Shown here: positions 1 through 8,227 of the stretch, one piece after another
How the letters are laid out: every line of letters starts with the position of its first letter
How positions within the stretch are numbered: the stretch's first letter is position 1
Assembly: GCA_964621445.1 (NCBI GenBank)
Contig: CAZUNO010000038.1
Span: 1 to 16,401, forward strand
Source: Candidatus Hadarchaeota archaeon
GTDB taxonomy: Archaea > CAYQAE01 > CAYVLA01
Reading direction: 5' to 3'
Length of the DNA: 16,401 nt
Notes under the pieces: model-generated
Told to the model about the DNA's origin: nothing
Seen by the model: only the letters and a program-made list of their open reading frames with translations
Database searches by the model: none
Translations under genes and position numbers: made by a program

Positions 1-175
1 TCTCTGGCATCGTATCAACAAAGGTAACTCCGTCACCTCGGAAGACCTTGCCATCCTCATAATATGCCACATCGTCCAGGGTGTCCTCCATCTCAATTGC
101 TGCTGCACTAACCAATGAGCATCCTATCAGTAGTAAGCTACAGAGTAGTGTTGAAGTGATCGTTTTTTGTTTCAA
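1..175 (-). CDS. Secreted/surface hypothetical protein, N-terminal part (runs off the left edge)
   Basis: Translated by hand, absent from the ORF track: TTG at 175-173 gives MKQKTITSTLLCSLLLIGCSLVSAAAIEMEDTLDDVAYYEDGKVFRGDGVTFVDTMPE, open to the window edge. Signal-peptide-like N-terminus; GGTGA Shine-Dalgarno at 186-182; an in-frame TGA just upstream fixes the start. Confidence 0.75.
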   Translation of the reverse strand, partial: MKQKTITSTLLCSLLLIGCSLVSAAAIEMEDTLDDVAYYEDGKVFRGDGVTFVDTMPE

Positions 176-621
176 ATGCCATCACCAAAGTTGGACCAAT
201 CAACTAATATTCTACTTAGATACTTGATATTCAATCAAAGGAATTTGAATAAGGAAATGATAAACGAAATAAAGGTCTCATTCTTCTGTCGTGATTTTGT
301 GCTCTTAAATCGTTTCTTCTCTGGGTTTTATGGCTAGATAACGCTTTTTGTCCTAGTATAGAAAACTATACATTCTGAAGTTTGGGGATCTGGATCCTTG
401 TGAAGGGGTGTTGGCTAGTCAAGCGAGAAGCAGGGGATGGGAGTGGGGAGGAAGAGATTAATGCTGTGTTATACCAAAACTTTTTTCATCCACCTGTTTC
501 TGTTTAAACTCGGGACTTGGTTTAAATTTGTATTTCAAACTTAGTTTTCTGAAGAGGTTTACGGGGAATTATGGTTATCCGTATTTTTTTTCTTGAAGGA
601 TAGGCGGTCTATATAGTTATT

Positions 622-1407
622 TTGGGCGGAAGGGACCGTTTTCACCCTGATCCGTCTATGGCGCTCACGGAGGCCATCGATGCCCGGCAGGCGGTACACG
701 CCCCCAACGAGGAGGACATCCTGTTCATCGGTTACCGGGATGCGGGAAGGCCCGAAGACCGGAAGGTGATGCCCCTGGCCATAGTTTTCGTTGACGAGGA
801 GGAGTGGACCTGGGATCGCTTCCTAAGTTGGCACTCCCGGGGAATCGTTGCCGGCTGGTTCGGGTGTATGGATCAACGGGTTGAGCCCTGGCCACCAGAG
901 AAGTCCGCGGTCGAGGTGCTGGAGGTCCTGTTGAGTGTAGCGCGAGGGGATGACCCAAGGCGCAGGCCAGGAGACGGCGTGGTTTGGGGGGTTAAGGGCA
1001 TCGAGGCCTACGCCGATGACGTGGCCGACCTCTCCAAATCCGGCGCCGACGAGGACCAGGGTGGCTTCTTCCAGAGCGGCTGGCGGGGATGCCACAACAT
1101 CATCCCCCAGATGTCCGGTCGACCTGCAGCCGCCACATACCTGAAGCGTGTAGCAGGATACTTCGACGACCAAGCCAGGGACAGGATAATTGCCGCCGCC
1201 GAGAGATACGATTCTGCAACCGACGCCTGGCAAAGATACGATACCCAGCTTGGCAGGTCCCAGAGGGAGATGGCTCACGATCAAGCCTGGCAGGACGGGT
1301 AGCACCGCACGGCAGGGGCAAATGCAGTTCGGGAGGCCGCGGCCCGGGAACGCGAGGCCATCGAGGAACTGGAAGGTGCATTGGTCGCCCTTGGAAGGAA
1401 CCCGTAA
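622..1407 (+). pseudogene. 5'-truncated gene with in-frame TAG at 1300-1302; helical protein, possibly related to BtrH/peptidase C39-like-fold proteins
   Basis: GC-rich, coding-like 226-aa ORF. After TAG the frame continues for 34 codons (HRTAGANAVREAAAREREAIEELEGALVALGRNP) to TAA at 1405-1407 as a plausible amphipathic helix. EAIDARQAV...LFIGYRD and VWGVKGIEAYADD resemble the middle and C-terminal parts of BtrH-like proteins (from memory, weak). The ORF starts abruptly after AT-rich DNA. Confidence 0.55.
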
Positions 1408-1723
1408 ATGGGAGATTCTACATATTCGTATAGCATTGGCATGAACCATTTACGCTCAAGGGTCTTCACATATCTAATCGAATCCTATTCTTTGTCCTCT
1501 GGCTCATTCCACCATATCATGTGAGATCAGTGGGCGATTCGAAGGAAAATTGAGAAGCAATCAAGTCTCGTCATCTCATATAACTTTATTACGTAAAATA
1601 TTTTATTTTATAATCATATTTTATCTATTATTTTACATGCCTCATTATGAAAAGGCGGCAAACACGGGAATGATAATCGAGGCTTGGGCATTGAAGTCCA
1701 AATTTCGCGTAGTTGGACCGATG

Positions 1724-1767
1724 CATAACTTACTTATGAGTAAGTGTATGAGCAATTCATAGTGCTC
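1724..1767 (+). promoter_or_regulatory. Two inverted repeats over the antitoxin promoter; candidate autoregulatory operator
   Basis: ACTTACT-tatg-AGTAAGT at 1728-1745 (flanked by CATA...TATG) and GAGCA-n8-TGCTC at 1750-1767, directly upstream of ATG 1770. Confidence 0.45.
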
Positions 1768-1769
1768 CT

Positions 1770-2015
1770 ATGGTGAAATATACAACCATTAAGATACGCC
1801 CAAAAACCCGGGAAAGCCTTGCTCGACTGAAAGGTAACCACAGGCAGACATACGAAGAAATTATCAACAAGCTCCTGAAAATCGTTCCCGAAGGAGACGA
1901 TGAGGGGGGATACACCGATGATTTCCGAGCTGCGCTCCTTGACTCCCTGGTTGATTTCAGGAAGGGACGTTCCCTAACTAATGATGAGCTAAAGAAACGC
2001 CTAGATTTCTTGTAA
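1770..2015 (+). CDS. Archaeal-type ribbon-helix-helix antitoxin-like protein (RelB/VapB-type), no adjacent toxin
   Basis: 81 aa. TTIKIRPKTRESLARLK...TYEEIINKLL is a typical RHH N-terminus, followed by an acidic linker and SLVDFRKGRSLTNDELKKRL, as in archaeal type II antitoxins. Confidence 0.8.
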   Translation: MVKYTTIKIRPKTRESLARLKGNHRQTYEEIINKLLKIVPEGDDEGGYTDDFRAALLDSLVDFRKGRSLTNDELKKRLDFL

Positions 2016-2039
2016 GACATACGGACGAGACCAGGACGC

Positions 2040-2096
2040 ACCCAGTGTCTTTGACTCTCATTTTTAGCAAGTCCATAGATCCGGAGCATGATCAGG
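2040..2096. repeat. Degenerate direct repeat, copy 1 (copy 2 at 3749-3806); 3' flank of paralog 1
   Basis: Manual alignment gives 43/58 identical columns with 3749-3806, including TCCATAGAT and GATCAGG cores. Confidence 0.7.
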
Positions 2097-2108
2097 ACTG
2101 GAAGCCCA

Positions 2109-3365
2109 TTACTCATCGCTGGAACTCAGGCGCGATACTCCGGCCTCCCTGTACAGCCTCCTCCTGACCATAAGCGACCACAGCACATAGCTGGAGACCA
2201 TCAGGGTCCCCAGCAGCGCACACCACTCCGTCACGTAGACCCAGAAAAGGGCCTCGTCCTTGGCCCTCGTCGCCTCCTCCCTGATCCGGATGTGCTCCGC
2301 CCTAGCCCGGTCCATGGCTTCCAGCGCCTCCTCGAAATCCCCGTCAAGATAGGCAGCCTCGGCCTCGGCCCTGATACCGTTCACCGACTCCAGCTCGTCC
2401 CTCAGCTTCCGCGGATTCCCCCCAAATTTCTCCACCCAGTCCAGCATGGAACCCACAAGCGAACCCATGGTGTCGAACTCAATGAACTCATTCATCACCT
2501 GCATGAAGATATAGGGGTCCCTGGGCAGGACCTTGTCAGCAACACGGTATACCAGATACATCATGGCCTGGGGAAATACATCCCACGTACGTTCCCAGAG
2601 GTCGGGGCCGTCGGGGAACTCGGCCGCAAAGTTCAGTACCGCCCCCTTCCCAACCTCCCAGAAGGTCATCAATGGGTGGGTCCGGGGATCATTATCCAAT
2701 ACCGCCCACTGGTGGCTGCCCTCCCTCGGTATATGGTTGCTAACCTGCAGCAATGGAGGCGATTTCTCCCATGGTAATGCCTTCATAAGCGACTCGTTTC
2801 GATCGGTTACCCTGACCCAGTACACACCGTGGAGCAACGTCTTCCTACGGTCCACCGTCACCGGCAGGAGGGGACCCAGGGTTGTGCCCACCCAGTCGAT
2901 ATTTAGGTCCTCGTAAACCACCACGCCCAGCATTAACAGACCCATTCCCCCGGACTCGATAGAGTCCGACATCCAGTGAATCCACCTCGGCTTGAAGAAC
3001 CGGTTGTTCGCAGCGCTCAGCATCAACATGTCGTAACTGGCGAGCAAGCTCTCCTGGGTCCTGGGCATGTAGACCCTCATGTTCCTAACGGCCTCATCCT
3101 CTCCGCCTGACAGGCTAACTATTCCGGTGGGAACGAAAGTGAGCTCGATTGCCGGGTCGTAGGTGATGACGAAATAGCTATTGTACCTCGATCCCCTCAA
3201 GCCAGTATTAACATCTCCGATGCAGAGAACCCTTACCCTGCCCTGGGGCCCAACCCTCTGGGCCACCCCCGGCGGAAAACTCCCCATTAACAGAAACCCG
3301 CACAACAGGGCAATCCCGGTTCCAGCCCACCGCGCACCAAGCATGAATGAAGTCCCCTCAGCCAA
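2109..3365 (-). CDS. Membrane-anchored surface protein, paralog 1 (signal peptide, class I GATase-like/DUF1355-like domain, helical stalk, C-terminal TM)
   Basis: 418 aa with hydrophobic N-terminus, RVYMPRT...YDMLMLS...GGMGLLMLG...TTLGPLLPV (GATase1-like pattern), Glu/Ala/Arg-rich helices and ALFWVYVTEW-TM-RRRLYRE. TTG start preceded by GGAG, with GCAAAAG-ATAAAT about 30 nt upstream. Confidence 0.85.
   Translation of the reverse strand: MAEGTSFMLGARWAGTGIALLCGFLLMGSFPPGVAQRVGPQGRVRVLCIGDVNTGLRGSRYNSYFVITYDPAIELTFVPTGIVSLSGGEDEAVRNMRVYMPRTQESLLASYDMLMLSAANNRFFKPRWIHWMSDSIESGGMGLLMLGVVVYEDLNIDWVGTTLGPLLPVTVDRRKTLLHGVYWVRVTDRNESLMKALPWEKSPPLLQVSNHIPREGSHQWAVLDNDPRTHPLMTFWEVGKGAVLNFAAEFPDGPDLWERTWDVFPQAMMYLVYRVADKVLPRDPYIFMQVMNEFIEFDTMGSLVGSMLDWVEKFGGNPRKLRDELESVNGIRAEAEAAYLDGDFEEALEAMDRARAEHIRIREEATRAKDEALFWVYVTEWCALLGTLMVSSYVLWSLMVRRRLYREAGVSRLSSSDE
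2143..2314. repeat. Near-identical direct repeat shared with paralog 4 (10668-10839)
   Basis: 172 bp with 5 mismatches by manual comparison; 2215-2314 is identical to 10740-10839 over 100 bp. Confidence 0.9.
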
Positions 3366-3748
3366 ACTCCAATCATTACGCTCTGGCTCTTCCCATTTAT
3401 CTTTTGCGCCCTGTTCTCGAATACGGTCAGATCAATATCTGATCTATAGACCGACTAGTTGTCGAAGGTCGCCGGCGGTATGCCCTGGAGGACGAGTGGG
3501 AGTTCAGCAGGTAGAGATGCAGTGACGACATCAGGATGCAGAGCGAGGCAGGCAGTGGGGTCAGGTGCTTCGGGTTCTATACTCAGAACTTGAGGAACCA
3601 ACCCAGATTCATATGCACATCTCCCGAGTCCGAGCAGCCTTCGTGGGGCTGAGGGCGATCTCGATTGTGGATGGCAGGAGCACGCTCAATCGGGTGGTGA
3701 AGGGAATTGACATCAGGGATTGGCACCCCGTGGAAGAGAGGAGCACCA

Positions 3749-3850
3749 ACTCAGGGTCGGTCACTCTTCATTCTTGATAAATCCATAGATTGGGACCACG
3801 ATCAGGCATGCGCCCACAGTATATAGCTCGAGACCATCAGGGCTCCCAGC
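3749..3850 (-). pseudogene. Relic of a family member's 3' end plus downstream flank, with an internal deletion
   Basis: 3814-3850 matches 2178-2214 at 32/37 nt (LGALMVSSYILW vs LGTLMVSSYVLW). 3749-3806 matches 2040-2096. About 80 bp between the blocks is missing relative to paralog 1. Confidence 0.75.
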
Positions 3851-3971
3851 GTGAACTTCTGCCCAATAGTTTTCCATCTCACGGTTGATCTCGTGTATAT
3901 TCATGCACGCGAAGATGTCCGGGATTTGCCTATAAGTAAAAATATAAGAAAGCAAAAATGAGTTCGTCCCG

Positions 3972-5298
3972 ATGCGCGCAAAAACCCAAAAATCTCTTCT
4001 TTTCCTAACCTTGATGCTTCTCTCCACCATCAATGTTAGTTCGGTAAGCGACCCCTCACGTGGAGACCCCTTGATAATCGACGTACTTATGATCGACAGG
4101 ACACTGGGCCAGGGGGGAATGTTCTATAAAAGGCTGCAATCCGACCCCAGCATCTCTGTACTGGCGGTGCCCCAACTGGGGCATTACTCCATATTCTTTC
4201 TAAACAAGAACCCGGACGCCATCAACAGGGCAATGCGGATTTACATGCCCAGGAACTACAGGGAGTTGGTGGAAAACAGGGACATGATACTTCTCAGGGA
4301 AGCCTCATGCGGGAGCGTAGAGATACCGCAAATTATCTTCAAGCACGACTGGATGACGTGGTTCGTGAAGGCTGTCCGGGAAGAGGGCATTTCATTCTCC
4401 ATGTGGGGCGGAGACGCCTCCTGGGGAGGGAATGGAGAGGGCGACTACAAGTCATGGGGGGGAGACAATCCTGGATTCCATATTGCCCTTCAAATCCCTG
4501 GGTGGATACAACCCACCTGCGAAGGCAGAATTTCAGAAGCCGCATTTCATGGATCCGGAACACCCGCTGACCCGACTTCCCTGGAAGAACTCCGGCCCAG
4601 TCGAACTTCTCAACAGAGTTGAGCCCAAGGATGGAGCCCAGTTAGTGGCAACCGCCGTGGGACGAGGGCGAATAATTGTCCAGGGCGCGGGGCCCAACAA
4701 GGAGGTCGTACGCTCTCCCGACAAGAATTTCCCTTGGATAGCATGGTGGGAACAGGGAGAGGGCAGGGTGCTGGGGGAAGCCCAGGTTTTTAGCAGCTGC
4801 GGGACCACGAACAGGATGCTCAACGACTGGAGATGGTACAACGACTTCGTGACCTACCTGATTTACTTCGGCGTAGGCAAGGAACTCCCGGATGACATAA
4901 TAAGAGCCCACCGTCTCAGGGTCGAGATCAACACCTACCAGGACAAGGCTTCATTATACATCTCGCTTCTCGATTTCGTTGAGGAGTTCGGTGCTTCAAC
5001 CCAAGAACTCTACCAGGAATTCGACCAGATAAACCGGATGGAAAAGGAGGCCGAGGAAAAATACCGTCAAAACGAATATGACGAGGCCGCGGAGATATTC
5101 GAGGAGATCAACGCCGCCTGGAGGTTGCTGGACTCCAGGACCATGGAGACCAAGAAAAGGGCCCTTTTTTGGGTTCATATGATTGAGTGGTTCGCGGTTT
5201 CGGGGACGGTCATGGTTACTGGAGTTTTCCTGTGGGCTCTGATAATAAGGAAAAAGCTATACAAGGATGTCAAAACAACCCGACCCCGACACCTCTAG
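3972..5298 (+). pseudogene. Membrane-anchored surface protein, paralog 2, split by a +1 frameshift in a G7 tract (4456-4462); 441 aa if restored
   Basis: ORF 3972..4622 carries the signal peptide, RIYMPRN and MWGGDASWGG. ORF 4432..5298 carries ETILDSILP...ALFWVHMIEW-TM-RKKLYKD. Removing one G gives YKSWGETILDSILPF, collinear with DWGLTPLQEVMPV of paralog 3. TATAAG lies about 28 nt upstream of the ATG. May be an intact gene with a homopolymer sequencing error. Confidence 0.8.
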
Positions 5299-5404
5299 TC
5301 GCCTCCCGCTACCTTCTTTCCGGTCTTCTGTAATGAATCCCAAATGACCTATGATTTAAGCAGGGTCAATTGAAACATACCATGGTAAAGTGTTCTCATC
5401 TCGA

Positions 5405-6730
5405 CTAGGCCATACCGTCCTTGCTCGCCTTCACTGCACCCCTCGATTGTTTCCCTTCCTCCACTTTTAACTCGCTGGCTCGGCTATCTGGGTCAACATC
5501 TCTACACCAGTTGGCGAATTCCTTACCCATACTGGCAACGCGTTCAGGGTACTTACTGGAAAGGTCCCGGGTCTCCCCGAGGTCATCATCCAAATTAAAC
5601 AACCCCTTCCCGTTCCGATGAACCACCAGCTTCCAGGGTCCCTCCCGAACCGCGAACTGCTCGCCCTGGCGCCAGAAGATAAAACGCTTGGGGAGCTTGC
5701 CCTCCCCTTCAAGCAGGGGGAGAAAAGAGCTTCCATCCAGATATCCATTGCCGGGTCCCGATAGCGAGGCGATATCAAGAATGGTCGGTAAAAGATCGAA
5801 CAGCATTACCGTCTCATCGGTCGTCCGTCCCTCCCCGACCCGTCCCGGCCAGCTGGCAACTGCAGGAACCCTGTGTCCTCCCTCCAGCATCGAGCCCTTG
5901 GCCCCGTTCAGAGGGCGGTTATCACATATCAGCTCGTGACCCCCATTATCGGAGGCGAAAAAGAAGAAGGTGTCATCTCTTAGCCCCAGCTCCCCAAGGC
6001 GAGTCATAATCCTTCCCACGCTGGCGTCCATGGACTCCACCATCTCCCGGTAGGCCTTCTTCTTGTCCGGCGCGCTGCCATATTTCCTGTCCTTGCTGTC
6101 GTTATTCACACCTTTCTCAAAGTCGGGCGGGTCGCCCGGTCCCTGCCAGGGGAAATGAACCATCCAGTCGGCAACGTAAAGCAGAAACGGTTCCCTGCGA
6201 TGATCATCTATGAAGTCCATGGCGTAATCGGCGATTAGCTCCGTGGAATACCCATCCTCGTCCTCCACCAAGGTCTCGTTGTGATACCATGACCCTTCTC
6301 CCCAGCGGTCGAAACGGGAATGATGGTCCATACCTCCGTTGTTTCCCCGGTAGATATCGAAGCCCATCTTCCGCGGGCTTTGGATAGGTATGTAGCCGGT
6401 GTGATATTTACCGAACATGCCAGTAGCGTATCCTGCCCGCCTGAATAGGTGGGCAAAGGTCAGTTCATCGGGCGGCATACCCAGAGACCTGGATTTATCC
6501 CGATCATGGCTCAGGCAAAACTCCACCCCCGAACGTTGTTGGTATCGGCCGGTTAAGAGCCCGGCCCGCGTCGGGCTGCACATGCATCCGTTGGAGTGAC
6601 AGTCCGTGAACCGCACGCCGCTATCGGCCAGGGCATCGATGTTGGGCGTTCTATGGGATTTGCTTCCATAGCAGGAAAGGTCGTCATACCCAAGGTCATC
6701 TGCAAGGAAAATGACGATATTGGGCTTCAT
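5405..6730 (-). CDS. Sulfatase (formylglycine-dependent, Cys-type; arylsulfatase A-like)
   Basis: KPNIVIFLADDLGY, signature CSPTRAGLLTG (CxPxR), GYATGMFGKYH, SDNG, KGSMLEGGHRVP and WKLV motifs. No signal peptide. GAGGAG RBS upstream. Confidence 0.95.
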   Translation of the reverse strand: MKPNIVIFLADDLGYDDLSCYGSKSHRTPNIDALADSGVRFTDCHSNGCMCSPTRAGLLTGRYQQRSGVEFCLSHDRDKSRSLGMPPDELTFAHLFRRAGYATGMFGKYHTGYIPIQSPRKMGFDIYRGNNGGMDHHSRFDRWGEGSWYHNETLVEDEDGYSTELIADYAMDFIDDHRREPFLLYVADWMVHFPWQGPGDPPDFEKGVNNDSKDRKYGSAPDKKKAYREMVESMDASVGRIMTRLGELGLRDDTFFFFASDNGGHELICDNRPLNGAKGSMLEGGHRVPAVASWPGRVGEGRTTDETVMLFDLLPTILDIASLSGPGNGYLDGSSFLPLLEGEGKLPKRFIFWRQGEQFAVREGPWKLVVHRNGKGLFNLDDDLGETRDLSSKYPERVASMGKEFANWCRDVDPDSRASELKVEEGKQSRGAVKASKDGMA

Positions 6731-6831
6731 CGCAGTTTATCTCCTCTCCTAGATATATGTCCCAGATGCATCTCATCACACCTGAGCAATCTAGAGATAT
6801 CAACATGCAGGTAGGGTTGGACATAACAATT

Positions 6832-6846
6832 TTTGCTATTAGCAAA
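6832..6846. promoter_or_regulatory. Perfect inverted repeat TTTGCTA-T-TAGCAAA upstream of the sulfatase; candidate operator
   Basis: 7-bp arms with a 1-nt spacer, about 100 bp upstream of the 6730 start and next to an AT-rich BRE/TATA-like stretch on the minus strand. Confidence 0.3.
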
Positions 6847-6918
6847 TGGAATCCCGCTTCTACCGAGCTTTTCCAGTGGGCTAGGTGTAAATGCAAGGAC
6901 AGATGATGGCTGCATGGT

Positions 6919-8175
6919 CTAGAGGTCGTCGTCCGAGAATTCAACTCGTGTTGCCTGCACCTTCTTGTACAATTTTCTTCTAACCATCAGGCCCCACAAG
7001 ACCGATGCACAAATGAGCAAGGTCGCGGTGATCACCAGCCACTCGGTTAGGTAGAGCCAGAAAAGGGCGGTTTGTTTCGCCTCTACCGCCAAGGCGTCTG
7101 CTTCCTCGAGCAGGGATAGAACGTGTTCCGCTTCCTTCATGCTTTTCTCAAGTTCCAGATCCACGAAGGATGCCTTCGCCTCTGCCAGGCTCTCCTCGGC
7201 CTCCGCGAGCTTCTCGTCAACCTTGCTCATGCTGGCTCCGAATCGGGAGACGAACTCCATAGTCCCGATTATCATCTGCATGTGATAACCAATCTCCCCG
7301 AATTTCTCCCTGGTGGTGTGGAGGAGCTGTGAGTCCGAGGGTGGAATAAGCCCCGCCGTAAAGTAAGCCATGTTGGACACGAAATCGGGGTAATACTTCC
7401 AGTGGATGAAGCTCACGCCGGCAGAGGTGGTGCCCCCCGCCAGGGTTCCCCTGAAACCAGTGGGGGAGGCGAAGAACCTCCCCTCTCCAACGTCCCACCA
7501 GCTCCAGCCAGGGTCGGTTCTCCCCCCACCAACCGGGCTCAGATCGGATAGTTTAACCGCACCCTGCTTGAGCTCCACCACATTGTACATGCCGAAAACG
7601 TCGTGGTCCTCGAACTCCTCCCAGGGGACGCTCTTGATAAAATCATCCTCAAATCGTGTAACCGTGTTCACCGAGAACTCTACCCGACCTGGGGTACATT
7701 CTACGGGCATAACTTCTTGCAGGGGAGTCAAACCCCAGTCCATATAATTTGCCCAACCCCCGAAGGATCCCGATCCGCCACCCATGAAGAACCCGACGCC
7801 GTCCTCCAGAAGACTGTCTCTCATCCAGACCAGAGTGTTTGGAGAGAAATGCTCGTAGGTCGCGTCATCAAACCCAACCACATCATAGTCGGAGTACTCG
7901 GACCGGGTCCTGGGCATATACAGCCTCAGCGCGCGCTTGACGATGGTCGATTCAAGCCACGCCATTCCGGAGATCGGCGTGGTCGAAAGAAGGGGATCGT
8001 TCCGGTAAATGGTGTACGGGCAGTAGGTATTGAATGGCGCACCGATGTAAAGAACCCGGATCAGCCCGGTGTTAGGGTCCCTCTTTACCTCCCTTGCCAC
8101 GGTGAGCCCGGGGAGCATGATCAGGAAGGCGAAAAGCGAAAACATCAGCCGCCTATTCCTCGACAAGGAAGACAT
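6919..8175 (-). CDS. Membrane-anchored surface protein, paralog 3 (class I GATase-like/DUF1355-like domain)
   Basis: Clearest GATase1-like signature of the set: RLYMPRT..YSDYDVVGFDD...GVGFFMGGGSGSFGG...WGLTPLQEVMPV, plus signal peptide, helical stalk and ALFWLYLTEW-TM-RRKLYKK. The ORF track starts at 8202; ATG 8175 is preferred because a BRE/TATA-like box lies 26 nt upstream and overlaps the 8202 ATG. Confidence 0.85.
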   Translation of the reverse strand: MSSLSRNRRLMFSLFAFLIMLPGLTVAREVKRDPNTGLIRVLYIGAPFNTYCPYTIYRNDPLLSTTPISGMAWLESTIVKRALRLYMPRTRSEYSDYDVVGFDDATYEHFSPNTLVWMRDSLLEDGVGFFMGGGSGSFGGWANYMDWGLTPLQEVMPVECTPGRVEFSVNTVTRFEDDFIKSVPWEEFEDHDVFGMYNVVELKQGAVKLSDLSPVGGGRTDPGWSWWDVGEGRFFASPTGFRGTLAGGTTSAGVSFIHWKYYPDFVSNMAYFTAGLIPPSDSQLLHTTREKFGEIGYHMQMIIGTMEFVSRFGASMSKVDEKLAEAEESLAEAKASFVDLELEKSMKEAEHVLSLLEEADALAVEAKQTALFWLYLTEWLVITATLLICASVLWGLMVRRKLYKKVQATRVEFSDDDL

Positions 8176-8200
8176 GGGGCTCGGGCCGCTCCTTAACCCC

Positions 8201-8215
8201 ATAAAAAACTTTCCC
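8201..8215 (-). promoter_or_regulatory. Archaeal BRE/TATA-like promoter of paralog 3
   Basis: Minus strand reads GGGAAAG-TTTTTTAT, ending 26 nt before ATG 8175, consistent with a leaderless transcript. Confidence 0.5.
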
Positions 8216-8227
8216 GCTTCCAGTGAT

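Noticed and set aside
1550-1762. 70-aa ORF with a hydrophobic stretch upstream of the antitoxin, considered as a toxin
   Set aside because: The hydrophobic run comes from a very AT-rich, low-complexity patch, and there are no RelE, PIN or HicA motifs.
2088-2777. Long alternative-frame or antisense ORFs (e.g. 823..1449, 2088..2777, 7603..8196, 9368..10027, 9828..10382, 12291..12761, 15871..16269)
   Set aside because: They are shadows of GC-rich genes with better-supported motifs on the other strand or frame, and have no recognisable features of their own.
3430-3777. ORF 3565..3777 and surrounding GC-rich intergenic DNA
   Set aside because: Possibly further decayed coding sequence, but I could not assign similarity to anything, and its end overlaps the repeat relic.
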